A stretch of DNA of 64,000 nt from Adineta vaga. Lineage: Eukaryota; Animalia; Rotifera. The stretch is from NCBI GenBank assembly GCA_021613535.1, contig CP075495.1, positions 7,316,001 to 7,380,000 of the forward strand, read 5' to 3'. Both the position numbers and the translations under genes were made by a program. Under the pieces are notes generated by a model, which saw only the letters and a program-made list of their open reading frames with translations, was not told the DNA's origin and searched no databases. Below, piece after piece: positions 24,195 through 38,500 of this stretch (position 1 is its first letter; the number at the start of each line of letters is the position of its first letter).

Positions 24195-27100
24195 ATGACA
24201 GTTCACATGAATTTGCAGAGTATCGATGAAACTACTGGTGATTCAATACGTAGACTGAAGATCGAACGATTAGCTGGTATTTTGTGATAGATTATCAACC
24301 TGTAGATTCATTTCTTTTCTTTTATAAAGATGAAACAAGTCGTTTACTATTTGGACATTCTACAAGTTTATTAGATGATATCTTTCATCATCCATTATCA
24401 ATTGATTATTTCAATGTCTATCTATCATTACCAGTAAGTAATCTCTTTATTAAGTTTATATATCTGCATTTGAAAGAGAAATTCAGATCTTTGGACAACG
24501 TGTTCTTTATCATCGTAAAATCCATCAACTTGATTTCGATCCACCATTAGCATCTAAATTTCAAGTAGGACATTTTTCTCTTTAAATTCTATCATTAAAT
24601 TATATGATATAGACTAATAATCAACTTTGTGAAACAACAAAACAATGGTTAATTGATTGTCGACTAGATAATTACATTCATACAGATATTTATATCGAAT
24701 GTCTACTTGTCTTATTACTAATCAAATCCGATGGTAATATTCACTTATTCACTCAAACACACATTACGAAAGAAAATATTATTTTTTAGAATCAATCCAC
24801 GTATTTATTGATGCAAAAGAAGTAACAATCGAAGAACAATCACATATATTCTCAACAGTAACTGATGTTCGACAATTTCATCAAGTAAATAAATATTGCA
24901 AACAAGAAGAAAAATCTATCTAGCATTGTAGTTTCTTCAATCGACTAGGGGAATTAAATATTGGAATTTCTTTATTGATTCTATGCGTGTATTACAATCC
25001 CGTTATTCTACTCGATTTCATCGTATTGATATTTCACATCTGAATTTCATTCACAAATATTATTCTCGTCAACAAGAATTTCGTTCAATAACAATCGATT
25101 GTACGAAATCATCTATGCCTGATTCTAGTACATCCGATACTATTTGGTTTCAAATGGCAATCAATGCAATGTATCAATTGCGTACTTATTGGTTACCACG
25201 CTATCTTACTCAAATATCATCAACAGTTCAAACTCAAATCAAACAATCGATTCTGCAGCAGATGGAAACTTACATTGAACCATCATCAGCTAACAATGAT
25301 GATAACAGTACTACTATTTCATTAGATCATCGATCTCATAAGAATGTAATACCCGACAAGATCAACTTAATTAAAATTGTTTTTGACAATATATCATATC
25401 TTGATTATTATCCACGACAACATACCCTCATTGAAACATCTAAAGAACATGGTTTTCAACAAGACAATGAAGTTCTCAACAAATTCGATGATCATCAAAC
25501 AGCAGTGGATCACACCCTTCAAATCCAAGAACAGCCATCTTCCGAACAATCCATTGAAGATTATGCGTCTGATGATAATCTAGAATTATTCTATCGAATT
25601 TTTGTATCTGATTCATTAGCGGGTGGTCCATTTTCTGACTATATTGCTTTAACATTATCAAAAACCGAAGCAGTTTCACTTCAGACATGCATTCGTTTTA
25701 TTACTGATGCAGAAGTTGTTTTGTCTCTGCCATCAGGAAACTTTAAAACAAGAATTCTTAAACAATTCATATCTCGGTAAACTCTTGAAATTCAATGATT
25801 TAAAAAGATTATTTTCTTGATTTATAGATATCTGACTGACTCAACAACAGATTACTTATCTTTGCAATTATTCGATAATATTGAAGAACAAAGAACCGAA
25901 TTAATCAAAGAATTACTTACAGAAAATACCAATGAAGCTTCTCTTCTTTGGAAAATGTCCTTGAAACTAACAAAAGTACATGATTCCTCTTTTCATACAC
26001 TTCATTGTTAATTGATATATTTTTATAAAGATACTGATTCCTCATTTTCTCAATTATGTTAAATTCGATCGAATACGATGTCTTATACAAGTATAACAAA
26101 TTACTTTCCATTTTCCATTAATTTTCTTTTTATTAAATAAAGAACAGATCTATGAAGACTACTAGTGTCATCGATGATCTGCATCAGTATATACCTTCGA
26201 TCAATTTCAAAGAACTACGAATCGATCAACATGCTAATTTAAAACAAACAGATTCCAATGAAAAAGATGTTTCTTCGGAAATAAATCTGAAATATTGTGG
26301 TATAGAATTGGATGATCTTCGGAGACCATTCAATGAAAATCAGTATCATACAGTTGAGAAACGAATCAATACTGATGAACAATGTGAATTTCGATCAAAT
26401 GAACAGTTTTATCGATTCACTGATGATGAATTTAAACCAGAATTACGTCAATTTTGCACAGAATTTCAATGGCAAGATACCAAACCTATTTCCGATAGAC
26501 GAGCTGATGCACAAATCATTTCTGCTCAACCAGATCTCATAGTATTCGAATCTATTTCTATGAAACAATAAAGTGTTCGTTTCTCGTTCTAGACATCCAT
26601 CAACGAATCTAAATCAATTGATAAAATAAAACAAAGTCTAATCGATACATTTACTCATGAAATTATATATTCTGCTCGAAACGTGATTGCAATAGATCAT
26701 TATGTATCTACTTTAATGAATGAAAGTCTTGATCTGTATAGAATAAATCGTTCATTAGAGCTAGAAGAAAGACCGTCATTGATGAATAATATGAATATAA
26801 ATGCACTGGTATTCTCTAACTTTGAAAGTCATCATCTGTATGAAAAACAAGATACAATGATCAAAACAAAATTTCTCTCTCCAAATGGTTTCTATTTTAT
26901 TAATTCATCAAATAACTGCATAGATCCTACTCTTCATACTTATCTTCAAAACAATCAATCCAAATCTATCAATGAATTTACACTTCATAAACAATTTGAT
27001 TCTTCTCCATCTTCATTTCGTGGTGTGATCAAAGAATTTACTATTGACGACTTCGGCATCGGCTACGTATCAAGTGATTTAATTGAAACCAATATATCAA

Positions 27101-27693
27101 TTGACAAGCAAGATCTTCTCAAATTTAATACAAAACTTAAATTGTACACTGATAATCATCTTGAATTTTTATTCGCTAACGTATACTCATGTACGATTGA
27201 TCCTGAAAAACAAGAATTACAACTTCATCTAGATCATTTCACTTTACCTCAAATGACACAATTGTCATCAAAAAGGATGAAGCGAATACATAACGATGAT
27301 GATGTCATCTTTCATGAATCAATATATTTTGCACCAAAAGATAAAAGTAATGAAATAAAAACGTCGATAAATGAAAGTCGAATTTCATCGTGGTCAAATG
27401 ATGATCAAAAACAACTACTAACATTTATTCAAAGTGAATTAATTCATCAACAATGGCCAGTACAAGAATATATCGGAATGAAAGAGAAAAGAAAATGGCG
27501 ATCATTAAAATTAGCTATAGATATATCAAATTTGAATGAAGAATTAATAGAAAATTATCATCATGATTTCGATTGGATCACAACTAATTATGATTTAGGT
27601 TCATTTGGTGAAAGAACTCCTGTAATTCAACAGAATATTTCAAAACAAATCACGAATGATAATGACTGCTGTTTGAATCCTTATTGTTACTAG
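24195..27693 (+). CDS. RGS22-like protein (regulator of G-protein signalling domain family)
   Basis: IDYFNVYLSLP|IFGQR, WLIDCRLDNYIHTDIY, FHQFLQSTRGIKYWNFFID, LRTYWLPRYL and DSLAGGPFSDYI resemble RGS22 blocks; start codon uncertain. Confidence 0.6.
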
Positions 27694-28080
27694 AATTCTC
27701 ATTGTCTAAAATCAATATTTCTCTTTAACAAACTCTGACATCTAATCAAATAATTATCAGAAGAGAGGAGACAGAGACAGAAATAGAGCAAAGAATCGTG
27801 ACTGACATCCAAAGTGTCTCTTCTGCATGATTACATTCGTCTTATTTTAATAGAACAGACGGATTGATAAACAATATGATTATCCTCATCTCTAAAGAAT
27901 TAATTCTGCCTCATCTAATAAGTTCATGCTCAAAAGAATTTCCAGTACATATGTCTAACAAAACTACCAAATCTTATAAAATATTGATCGATATTTCCTG
28001 ATAGCAATTCTATTCAATTTTTCGTTTTGAAATAAACGATTGAAAGTAAGAAAATGTTTTATATTATCATTCGAAGACAA

Positions 28081-28106
28081 AACAACAACAACAACAACAA
28101 CAACAA
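28081..28106. repeat. (AAC)n microsatellite
   Basis: About 8 tandem AAC units just downstream of the minus-strand gene. Confidence 0.9.
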
Positions 28107-28129
28107 TGATGATGATAACACATAGACAT

Positions 28130-29357
28130 TTAACATAAAGTTTCAGCATAAGTTTGTTTTTGTACATTCGTATCTTTTGAATAAATATCAAAATAGTTCG
28201 GATTACTCCATTGTGATGTATGAGGAAAATATTGTGCGACTTCAAGATCACATGGATCATCTGATGGTGGCACTTGTTCATAGATATTATACGTTGGACG
28301 TTGATAAAACGGTTTCGTTTTAGATTGCTGTCCAATAGGTTTAAATGCACTCGTTTTCGTACTAATTGTATCACTTAATGAAACATAATTTGATCGATTA
28401 TAATCATAATCTTTATTTGTATAACGATATGGATAATAATTATGGCAAGATGAAGATATTTCGACAGGATAATAATGATGACGACGATTACGATAATAAT
28501 TAGTGTTTTCCAAATTGGCCATCGTTGCTAAACGACGATATGATGATGATGAATATTGCGGAGAATTATTGATTGTTGAATAACGATAGGATGGTTGATG
28601 AGAATAACATTCATGTATGGAAGCATAGTTTTTATACTGTGGTTGGGACTGTTGTTGTTGTTGTTCTGTCGTTCTTTTCATTTGATTAGTCATTAATGGT
28701 TGGACATAGACAGAATAAACCTTTATTTTTGGAATATACATATATATTTATTTGAAAAAATATGAATTGTAATTATATCTTACCGGTTCAGTATATGAAT
28801 TTTGTTTATAAACGGATGATAAATAACGAGACTTTTGATTAGAGAGCGAATTTTGTTTACTTGTTATTGTATAAGTTTCTTCTGACATATGAGATAATGG
28901 TGTTGTTGATGTTGCTTTACTACAAGTTGTTACAGTTGATGTTGGTACATATGTTGATGATGAAAGTGGTTTTGAAGTTAATTTTGATTTAGCACGTTCA
29001 TATTGTTTACGTATAAAACTTGATAAACGAGAAAGATTTTTATTTGTTAGAGGTTTATCATAGGTAGAGTTCGTTGTGACTACAAGTGTTCTATTCTGTG
29101 TTTGTGATGATGATGATGGTTGTGTCGGTTTTTCATATCGTACGGGTAAAATTTCATGAATCGATTGAGGAGATTCATTCGCTGATATGGCTGATGATAA
29201 ATCACTATGATACCCACTAGAACTTGTCGTTTGTGGAGATATACGACGAGTATCAGTCATTGAAAGGTTCCCATTAGAACGCATAATTATTGACGAACGT
29301 GTTAATGGTGTTATTGGAAGTGATGTTAAAAGACAATCAAGACTTGTCCAAGCTAAA
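28130..29357 (-). CDS. Hypothetical Ser/Thr/Tyr-rich disordered protein ending in ETLC (possible PDZ ligand)
   Basis: Two long ORFs joined by a short GT-AG intron (about 28722-28784); 5' end unresolved. Confidence 0.55.
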
Positions 29358-32300
29358 AGAAAATAAATATGCAATTATAAAGAAATATTCGTACGTTATT
29401 GAGATCTATAATTCTTTTCTTAGAGCGAATGTCGTCGTATTGACATCAAGAAGACAAATTCTGTATGGTATTCTGATGAAGTAACGTATCAGTTGCTGTT
29501 CTGTTCTTTCAAGACGACATATCATGTTTCAACAGTGTTTGACGACAATAAACTTTTTTTTTAAAGGAAGCATACAACTTACTATCATATGGAGACAACT
29601 ACGAAGAATAAAACATACGCATGCGCAACACATATGAATTCATAGTATACTTGACCAAAGAGAGAAAGAGATAGATGCAGTAGGCATCACGGGGAACAAT
29701 TAGCGTGATAAGTGGCCTCCACATATGTATATATATATATATGAATGCATGCGACTTTTAAGAGCAATGCCTAATTTGTACGCAATGAAGTAAAGGATGC
29801 CGCTGATGCCATATACATTTACGAATGTGTATGTGTGTGCGCGTGTATATATAAAAATACATACAATCAACGACACAAGTGTATTGAGCGATGATCGCAG
29901 GGCGGCGACTATAACCAGTTACTCATTGATGATGATGATGATGATGTAACAAACTCATTGATAAATATATTCAAAAAAAAGTGGCTATAACAATACAAGC
30001 TGCACATATATGTACATGGCATGGCAACGATGAAATGTCTAGCATCACTTGAAATCAATGCATACAATGTATCAATCCAATATATAAAAAAAGAAAGAAC
30101 AAAACGTATCGTTTGATCATATACATATGCATACATTTATCATGAATAAGTTAAGCAAAAGCTATATAGCTTTATTATTATTTTCCAATCCAATGAACGA
30201 GAAAATACGCAGGCGGAGAAAAAAAACTCGACAGAAATTTTCTATATGATTACTGATTCAATTGAATTCTCTCGTTCTTTCTCTCTTCATTGATTTTGAA
30301 CGGCATTCTTCAGACTGAACATATTTTCTCCATCTTCTACTTCAAGTAGTGTATTTTGATCATCCATAGTAACAGACAGTAGCAGCCGCAGCAGCGATAT
30401 ATGAGACAGACTTACAAAAAGAAAGAAAGAAAGAAAAATTCATTATCATTATTCACTAGACATAGTGGGCACATACACTAACAGTATTCGCCATAAGAGT
30501 GTCAATAGCTATAGACATTCAATTCATTGACTGTATATAAGGTATATGAGAATGTCGCGACACTGATGATATTATGATAACAAACTACATACCGTAGAGT
30601 CGACAATTACCTTTCGAGTTATGATGAGAATACTGTTGAGTATGTAGCAGCTGTTTCATCTCTTGACTGTCGGATGTGAATGTCTTTCGAATCAAACTAG
30701 AATACTGTCTTTTTCTTTTCTTCTTCATACCTTTTAACATTGAACAATGAATTGTACAAGAGAGAAGAAGAAAAAAAGAAGAAAAGAAAAGAATTGAAAC
30801 TTGATCAATCCTTTTTATGTATAGATGTGCGATTATGTCATTCTTAATAAAATTGTCTCTTTCTCAAGCCTTATAAACTGTTTCTGTTTGCGTAAAGGCA
30901 TAGATGAACTCTAATGTTTAATTTTCGCTTCTTTTCATTAAAAGGAAGAAAGAAAGAAAGAAAGAAACTGACAAAGTAAAACAGAAATAATTATTAGTTT
31001 TGTGACTTACTATTCAATAAATATACAAATGTTATATATATATATATAAAATGAACAGAGATGAAATAGAAGGGTGGAACTTTTCTCTCTTTCCCTCGTC
31101 TTCTCTTTCTCCTTTGCTTGTATGTGCATACGAACGTTCTGGTTACGTCAACATCAATTTCTATCTACGCATGTAAACAATCCATTGTCGACGACGGCGC
31201 CGGCCTCATACATACGCAGACCTTTGTCCGTGAACGTATTTCCTGTAAAGAAAAAAACGCGAACTATTTGATTCATATACTGTTTAGACTACATCTCTGT
31301 TCAGCATCATCAACAGTTTATTTCGATGGTGACATTCTTCATCCCCTATATTTTTTCTCTTTGTATGTATTAACAGAACGCGAGAGAGGGATAGAGCAAT
31401 AGCAATTCAGAAATGATGAACATATACAAGATTTGAATCTCTGGTATATGAAACACATTTGCATATTTTCTCATACTAATCCACAGACAGACAAAATTCT
31501 TCTTATCAGTAAACATTACAACTCTCTCAAGGGAATGACAACGAAGCGGTCAGTTCTCCATCTGATTCAATTAGTTGAACGAAAGAGAAATGTCGTATTT
31601 TGATCAATTCATAGACGGATATTGTGTTTTATACTTACGTACTTAAATTGATTTGTGACGGATATATAAATATGAATATTAATAATCTGAAAATAACAGA
31701 ATAATTAATACACGATAGATTAAAATTTATTAACACTTGTATATACGGAAAGACAAAGCGAAAAAAGATTAACTAAATTAACCTTTCTATCTAACTTAGA
31801 AGATAGAATGTCAAAGATAAAGTTTAGTTTAGGATTGTACAATGAATGAATGAATAAAAGAAAAGAATAACAAAGTTTCTTCCTTCTAATCATAATGAAA
31901 ATGATAAAGAAGCTCTCTATATGTTCATGATGTAGTGAACAAAACTCGATTACCTTGCTGTCGAATTATTCTTCTTGTACTTGGTCCTATCAGTATGCAA
32001 GCCGCGAGTGTTTGTTCTTGAACTTTAGCTTCATCTATGCGAGAAAAACTTGTCAACACGATTACTTCTTATGTTCGAAGTAAAAGGTTTCCTTTTTCTC
32101 TCCCTCCTTCCCTCCCCTCCTCTATTTCTCCTCTCTTCTCTTCTATATCGATCTATCTTTTTCTTTCTAATAATCAATAATGCTCTTGATAGAAAAAAAA
32201 GAATACTGGGGTGGGAACCAGCTAACATGTATACATATTATATCATCTCTCATACGCGCGTTCTTCATCTTTCATCTTACACCGTTGCTTAGCTATAGTA

Positions 32301-34334
32301 GCAGAGCGAATGATAAGCTTTTTTCTCATCTTTATACATGTCCGTCTCGGCAAAGTATGATCAACAAAAACTATTGTATATATATATATATGAGACAATC
32401 ATGATCGTTTCTTCTTAGTCTTGCAACAGCTGTTAACAAAACTTGCAAGGTTTTTTTTTCTTCTTCTCCTACAAATGTTGAGCATCAATTATCAACATAG
32501 TGAATCCTAATCCTTTTCTCAATATATGTATGTTAAGAAGACAGAAGTATGCAAATTGCCTTGAAATTTTTTTTCTTCATACATATTACACATACATATT
32601 CATAGCATAGAATAATGTCTACTTATGTCATTTCTTTCTTGTCTTCAATCAATCGTTGGCTTCTTGAAATATTAGAATCTTATTACTGACACATACGTAT
32701 AGCAAAAAATTAATTTCTACTTAAATATGCACTAAACTATAAAATGAAACGTTCTTTTTCTTCGTCAAAGGAAGTGATGTTTATATCCGTTTTAAATCTT
32801 ACCTTTTCAATGTGTTATACAATTATATCAATGAAAATACATTGACCGATCTGTACGGATGTATATTTATATATACATACACATTTACTTGTGAGATTTT
32901 TTTAACGTGTGCATATAGACAAATAGACGTGTGTATTGGTCAAACAATCATCAATTGTTGTTGAAGTAATCGTATGTCGTAGAGGAGACGTGATTTTGAT
33001 GTTTATTGAAAGACAGAAACGAACTGTTAAGAAACATCGCAATGAGTTGATGACACATGCGATAAGATCGAATAATTTGACGAAAGATGCATACGAACAA
33101 TAACACGGAAAATATCTCAATGCTTACGTGAGAAGATGATTTATGTGTAATAAATTATCATGAATAAAATAAATAGAGGAAGACGGCGAATACTTTGAAA
33201 GACAATCTAATTAATTAAATAAATCATACGAAAAAATATATCAAACTCAAAAGAACTCGACGTATTTGATGACATACGTTTTCCAAGGAAAGATGACAGT
33301 TGTCATCTGTTTACTTATTTATTCATTAAGTCAATTGTAAAATCGGATAATTTAGTAGACCTTCGAAACAAGGATAAAACACGTTCGTAGGCAGTGTTGA
33401 TTACATGAATTAGAAAGACAGGCGAAGAGAGAGAGAGAGAATTATTTGAATTGTATTGTCTTATAAGTGTTGATATGTTTAAAAGAAAAGTTAAAAGAAT
33501 CTTAGTATATTATTACTAAATAACTATAAAAAATTTGTAGAAGTCGACTTTCATGAGTATTAAAACAAAGATACTGGAGGGAGGAAAGAAAGTATTAATA
33601 AACTTACTCAAAATATGTGCAACTATTCAATAAAATGAATAGAAAGAAAAAGAATGTGAACCGTTCAATGCATTGTTCTTGTTGTCGTTGTTTTATGCCC
33701 TAAAGCATATGAAATTCTATGCCGTCTTGATAGACAATTCAAAGTTAACAATGACACATTAGAATTCAAGTCTCAACGAATGATCAATCAATAGGTGTTG
33801 TTTGTCACGATTATAAAAGATAAAGAAAATTGTTGTGGGTGTTGTTTGATGATGAAACAGAAGCAATTTTGCTCTTAATGAGATTAGTTAGTGAGAATAC
33901 CAACGGCAAAAAGAAGTTAATTTAATTTGTTACAAAAGACTAATTCTTTTCACATATATATTTATCTAGATCGACATGCACGAGAGGAGAGTTTTTTTTT
34001 CTTCATTCTCTTATTTGTCATATATTTTTACAATCGATAAGTCGAAGTCAATATTTTTCCAATTATCAACAAGGTCTTCTTTCATTAAAAATCTATCGAA
34101 TCGACTGACCGTGAATAAGAAGGAAGAAAACTACTGTATTTTTTCTCGAAGAAATCTGTCATATGCAATTATATATTGTTAATTTTCAAGATAGAACGAA
34201 TTGAAAGGACTTTTTCTCCTTGAAAAATCAGACACATGTCAAACATTCGATCATAATCAATTTTTATTTACATCGGATAAGACCTGAAAAAAAAGAAATT
34301 ACACAAGTGAAACCAAGAAAAAGGAAAGAAGAAA

Positions 34335-35527
34335 TTATTGAACTAAATATTTGATACATGTCGGTTTATTCACTTGGACACTTGAACCAGTCGCTGTCAA
34401 TTTTCCTGTTGTATGATCAATTGAAAATACAACTAAATTATTTGAATTTTGATTAGCAACGATTAGATATTTTCCATCTGGAGTAATATTGAAATTTCGT
34501 GGATTTTGACCTTGAACACTGATGTATTGTATTGGTGATAAATGTCCATTTGTTAGATCAACTGAAAAAACAACGATAGAATCATGTCCACGATTAGATA
34601 CATAGAGATATTTTTCGGAAATTGGATGTAGAAGAAGTTCAGCAACAGAACTTGATGAAGTAAAATCATTTGGTAATGTTGAAATCGTTTGAATCGCATG
34701 TAAAGTAGGAAAATAATTATAAACTGTAACGGTATTTTTTAATTCATTTGCAACATAAACAAATTTTTGATTGGAATTAAAAACTAAATGTCGTGGTCCA
34801 GCACCAGGTTGAGCTGTGCGAGCAACATTAATTCGTACTAATGAACCATTTGATGGAGAAAATCGATAGATATAGATTTGATCCGAACCTAAATCAGCGC
34901 TGAGAAGATTTTGTTCTATTTTATCAGGTAAAATACAATGTGCATGAGGAGATTTTTGACGATCAGGATCAACTGATGAACCAACATGTTGATCGAAACC
35001 ACTATAAGCTTTTAAACTACCATCATTATTATCGATTGGTAAAGCAGCAACAGATCCATCGCCATAATTTGCAACGAATATATGTCCACCTGCTCGATTT
35101 GTTGATAGGTAACATGGACTTGATCCACCAGATGATTGTTGATTAATGAATGTTAAATGTCCTGATTGAGTTGAATCAATTTTAAATGCACTTATTCTAC
35201 CATTATTATCTTCATTAGCAGCATAAATATATTTATGTGTTGGATGAATAAGTACATATGATGGATTAGGTGTTGCAACAGCTAAACCCAATGGTGTTAG
35301 TGTAGAAGTTGTGTTATCAAGTGAAAATGCATAGATGCCTTTGCTATCATTTGGACCATCTCCTGTATATGTACCAACGAATAAAATTGTAGATGAAGCA
35401 TTGATGAACAATGGAGAAATACAGAAATTGACTAAACCGTTAGAAAATATAAACTATAGGACATAATGAAAATGATTTTTTATGAATGCATACTTATAAA
35501 ATAGATCCAAGATAGTAAAAGAAACAT
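34335..35527 (-). CDS. Secreted 7-bladed beta-propeller lactonase (YbhE/Pgl 6-phosphogluconolactonase / muconate cyclase family); HGT candidate
   Basis: FVGTYT, NPSY, VANYGDGSV, RQKSPHAH, ADLGSDQI, GAGPRHLVF, YVANEL, YVSNRGHDSI, PRNF, VANQNSNN, PTCI. Exon 1 (ATG 35527, MFLLLSWIYFI) joins through a 62-nt intron (35432-35493) to give a signal peptide. Confidence 0.9.
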
Positions 35528-38500
35528 GATGATAAAATTATTGTCGAATGAATATGATGATTTTAAGAATGAGTTTATAAACGGTGAACACAGATGTCAA
35601 ATATTCACAGTATATTCATATAGATAGATAGTCTATAAAGCGAAAAGAATACTGATAACAGATAACTATATGAAATAAAAATATCGAGGACATTTGTTTT
35701 GACAAAGATTACAGAGTTGAAAGGTGAAGATTAGAAATCAATAAACAACAAATCTATCAGAGTTCATCAAATGAAAAATAAAATTTTCGAAAGGTGAAGA
35801 AAACGAGAGGAATCATTCTTTTTTTACTGGCAAGAATAGAGAAGCGAAAAAAATGTTTAGTACCGTTTAAATGGTCTTTTTCATTAGCAATAAGTATGGA
35901 ATATAATAGTATTAAATAATCATCAGTTTATTACAACCAAACTTCTAGTGACATGACTAAGTATTAATCGATCTATTGTTTCTTTTTCTTACATAATGTT
36001 GATACTGTATTTATTGATCTGTTCGGTTTTTTTTGTTTTGTGAAGATTAAGAATATAATGCAAAAGAAAATTTGTAATCGTATCTTCGTTATGTATTCAT
36101 TGAATGAAGATGGTGTGAATTTACTTTCATCAACCATTATCCTACTCTTATGAAATGATTTATATTTTTTCAATATCGTACTAACTATGATGTATACTTG
36201 TTCAAAATGAATTCGAATCTTCTATTTCAAAATATTTTCAAATTGTAATTTATTGCTCTAAGTCAGATTTTTCTTCATGTATAAATGTTCATTTATGCCA
36301 TTAATGTCGATAACATGCAATGCAAAGAAAGTTTTTAGCTAATATACATATTGACCTTTCATGTCAGTATCAGAAATAGAAATGCAGTACATATCGTTGG
36401 AGGTCAGATTATATGGTGCATAGCCTGCGATATTTGTATGCGTCATCTTCTTTATGGTATTTAAGAAATGTGTCTAAATAAATCGTTACTCAAAGACTAT
36501 CAATACCTTAATATTATCGTTAACTATCTCGAATCATAGATTCTTGTAATACATTAAGAAAAATTCTATTTATATCTCGTTGTACTATTCAAATATATTC
36601 TAAGTAAAACTTGATATTTATATATATATACAATTCAACTTAATGAATTGATTGGTATAGAAATAATGATCTGGAAATCGATGGAAAACAACATTCCATA
36701 CGCAATCATTCTATAAACTTTTCACGTTTTTGTTCCACCAATCAATTATACATTATTTTCATCAACCAGCCTATTGATTCATTCTTATCTTATGCTAATA
36801 TTTTGATAAATAGAAATTTAGATGAAACAGTAATGCATTAAGATGCTGAAATATCACAAAATTGGTTAGATTTAGTGACTAATGAAATGATATATAATTC
36901 ACCGAGGATTATTCTATCGTCAGAAAACAGTACAATATAAGGAAATATTTTATTCATATAAAAATTCATGCATTGTCCAGACCAAGCTGTGCAATATATT
37001 TTTCTACTTCCTCCGACAGTGGACGGAACAAGATTAGGAAATACGTGTTTTTGCTTATCTAATTCAACAAGTTTTCAATAATATCATTAAGAATCGATGA
37101 TTTACAAATCGGATACAACATAATCAATTTAAAATTGATCTTTCATAGATTCCTTTCTATTTTATCTTTTAATTAAAATATTTTTATAAATATAAACGAC
37201 AATCATAGCTAGCAACTAGTTCCGAATTTGATAAATGAAGTAACTAAGATCAAAGGTGAGTCTTCAAGAGAATAAAATTTGACATATTTAATCATAGATG
37301 TTATTCAAAAAAAGTTCATCATTAAAATAAATTATGAAGCTTATTATACTCATCCTTTAAAAAGAATATTCAAGCGAACATAATAGAAGAAATGTATTTT
37401 AAAAGCAAATTCATTCATTAAAAGACTACGAGAGAGCACTTATCTAAATTATTGATAAAACAAATCCTAAATTCTGTTGTCTTTTTTTTTCTATTCGATA
37501 TAATAAAAAATGGGCAATTATTATTTCTAAATGAGAAATACTTCGAAGATATCAAACTTAACATGGATAAATATTAACATAAATAACCTAGATAGATAAA
37601 GTTCAAATTGAACTAAATGAATCCACTTTTTGACATAAAGTGACATTCTGACATATTGAGAAAGTTTTCTGAATTATTGATGATAATTGACAAATATTTC
37701 CTGTACGTCGATTCTTTTCAAAAGAGAATCCTGTCTTCTGAATAAATTAATAATACAAGAAGATACTTCGATGAAAATAGTTCAGTTTGAAAAATGTTAA
37801 TTTCTATAAATAAAAGAATTTGAATTTGAAAATTTTCAATCAAAGGTTTTGCTCTCGTCTCTCATATTTATGTATGTGAAGAAATGAGTTGATTAGAAAG
37901 TCATTCAGTATTCAAGCTGATCATATAGACATAAAATGAACACTAAAATTCTCTTGAGATTAGATTAATGATTCTCTATTTAGAATTCTTTGACGTATAT
38001 TTGAATAGAAATTTATAGAAATTCATCTTAATATTATTCATCTTGATCAAAATTTTCCTGATTTCATTCTAAAATCTACCATTTCCAAAGAAAATCAGTA
38101 TCCATACAAATAGTGAAGAAAACAAAGATTGTTTTTTAAATATTATTTGATTATATTTAACCTTATTGCCATGCCTATGTTTTGTATATCTAATGGAACA
38201 ACTGTTTTCAACCAAGGATGCTATTATTATTATGAATGGACACAATCACAGTAAAAGCACAATAATGACAGACTCGTCAATTCATTAGTTTTCTTCTCTT
38301 TCTCTTTCTCTTTCTCATATGAAGTTATTCAGATTATATAACTTCGCCTTTAACATTGATCGATTTATATTTTACTTTATGAAAACTTCTCTTCGGTATA
38401 CAATTTCTAAATGGGAATTTTTCTCAACGAAGAGAAAGTAAAATCTATTGATTGATTTCATGCACATTTAAATCACTAACTATCTGGTAATTCTCCTGTC

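Noticed and set aside
29500-34200. Many short ORFs (60-95 aa) in the long non-coding stretch
   Set aside because: Low-complexity, Phe/Ile/Tyr-rich translations of AT-rich or microsatellite DNA with no motifs; probably regulatory or UTR-intron sequence.
35430-35465. Apparent frameshifted signal peptide (MSYSLYFLTV*) upstream of the lactonase
   Set aside because: Better explained by a canonical 62-nt intron (GTATGC...CTAAC..TTTAG) joining ATG 35527 in frame; no lesion is needed.
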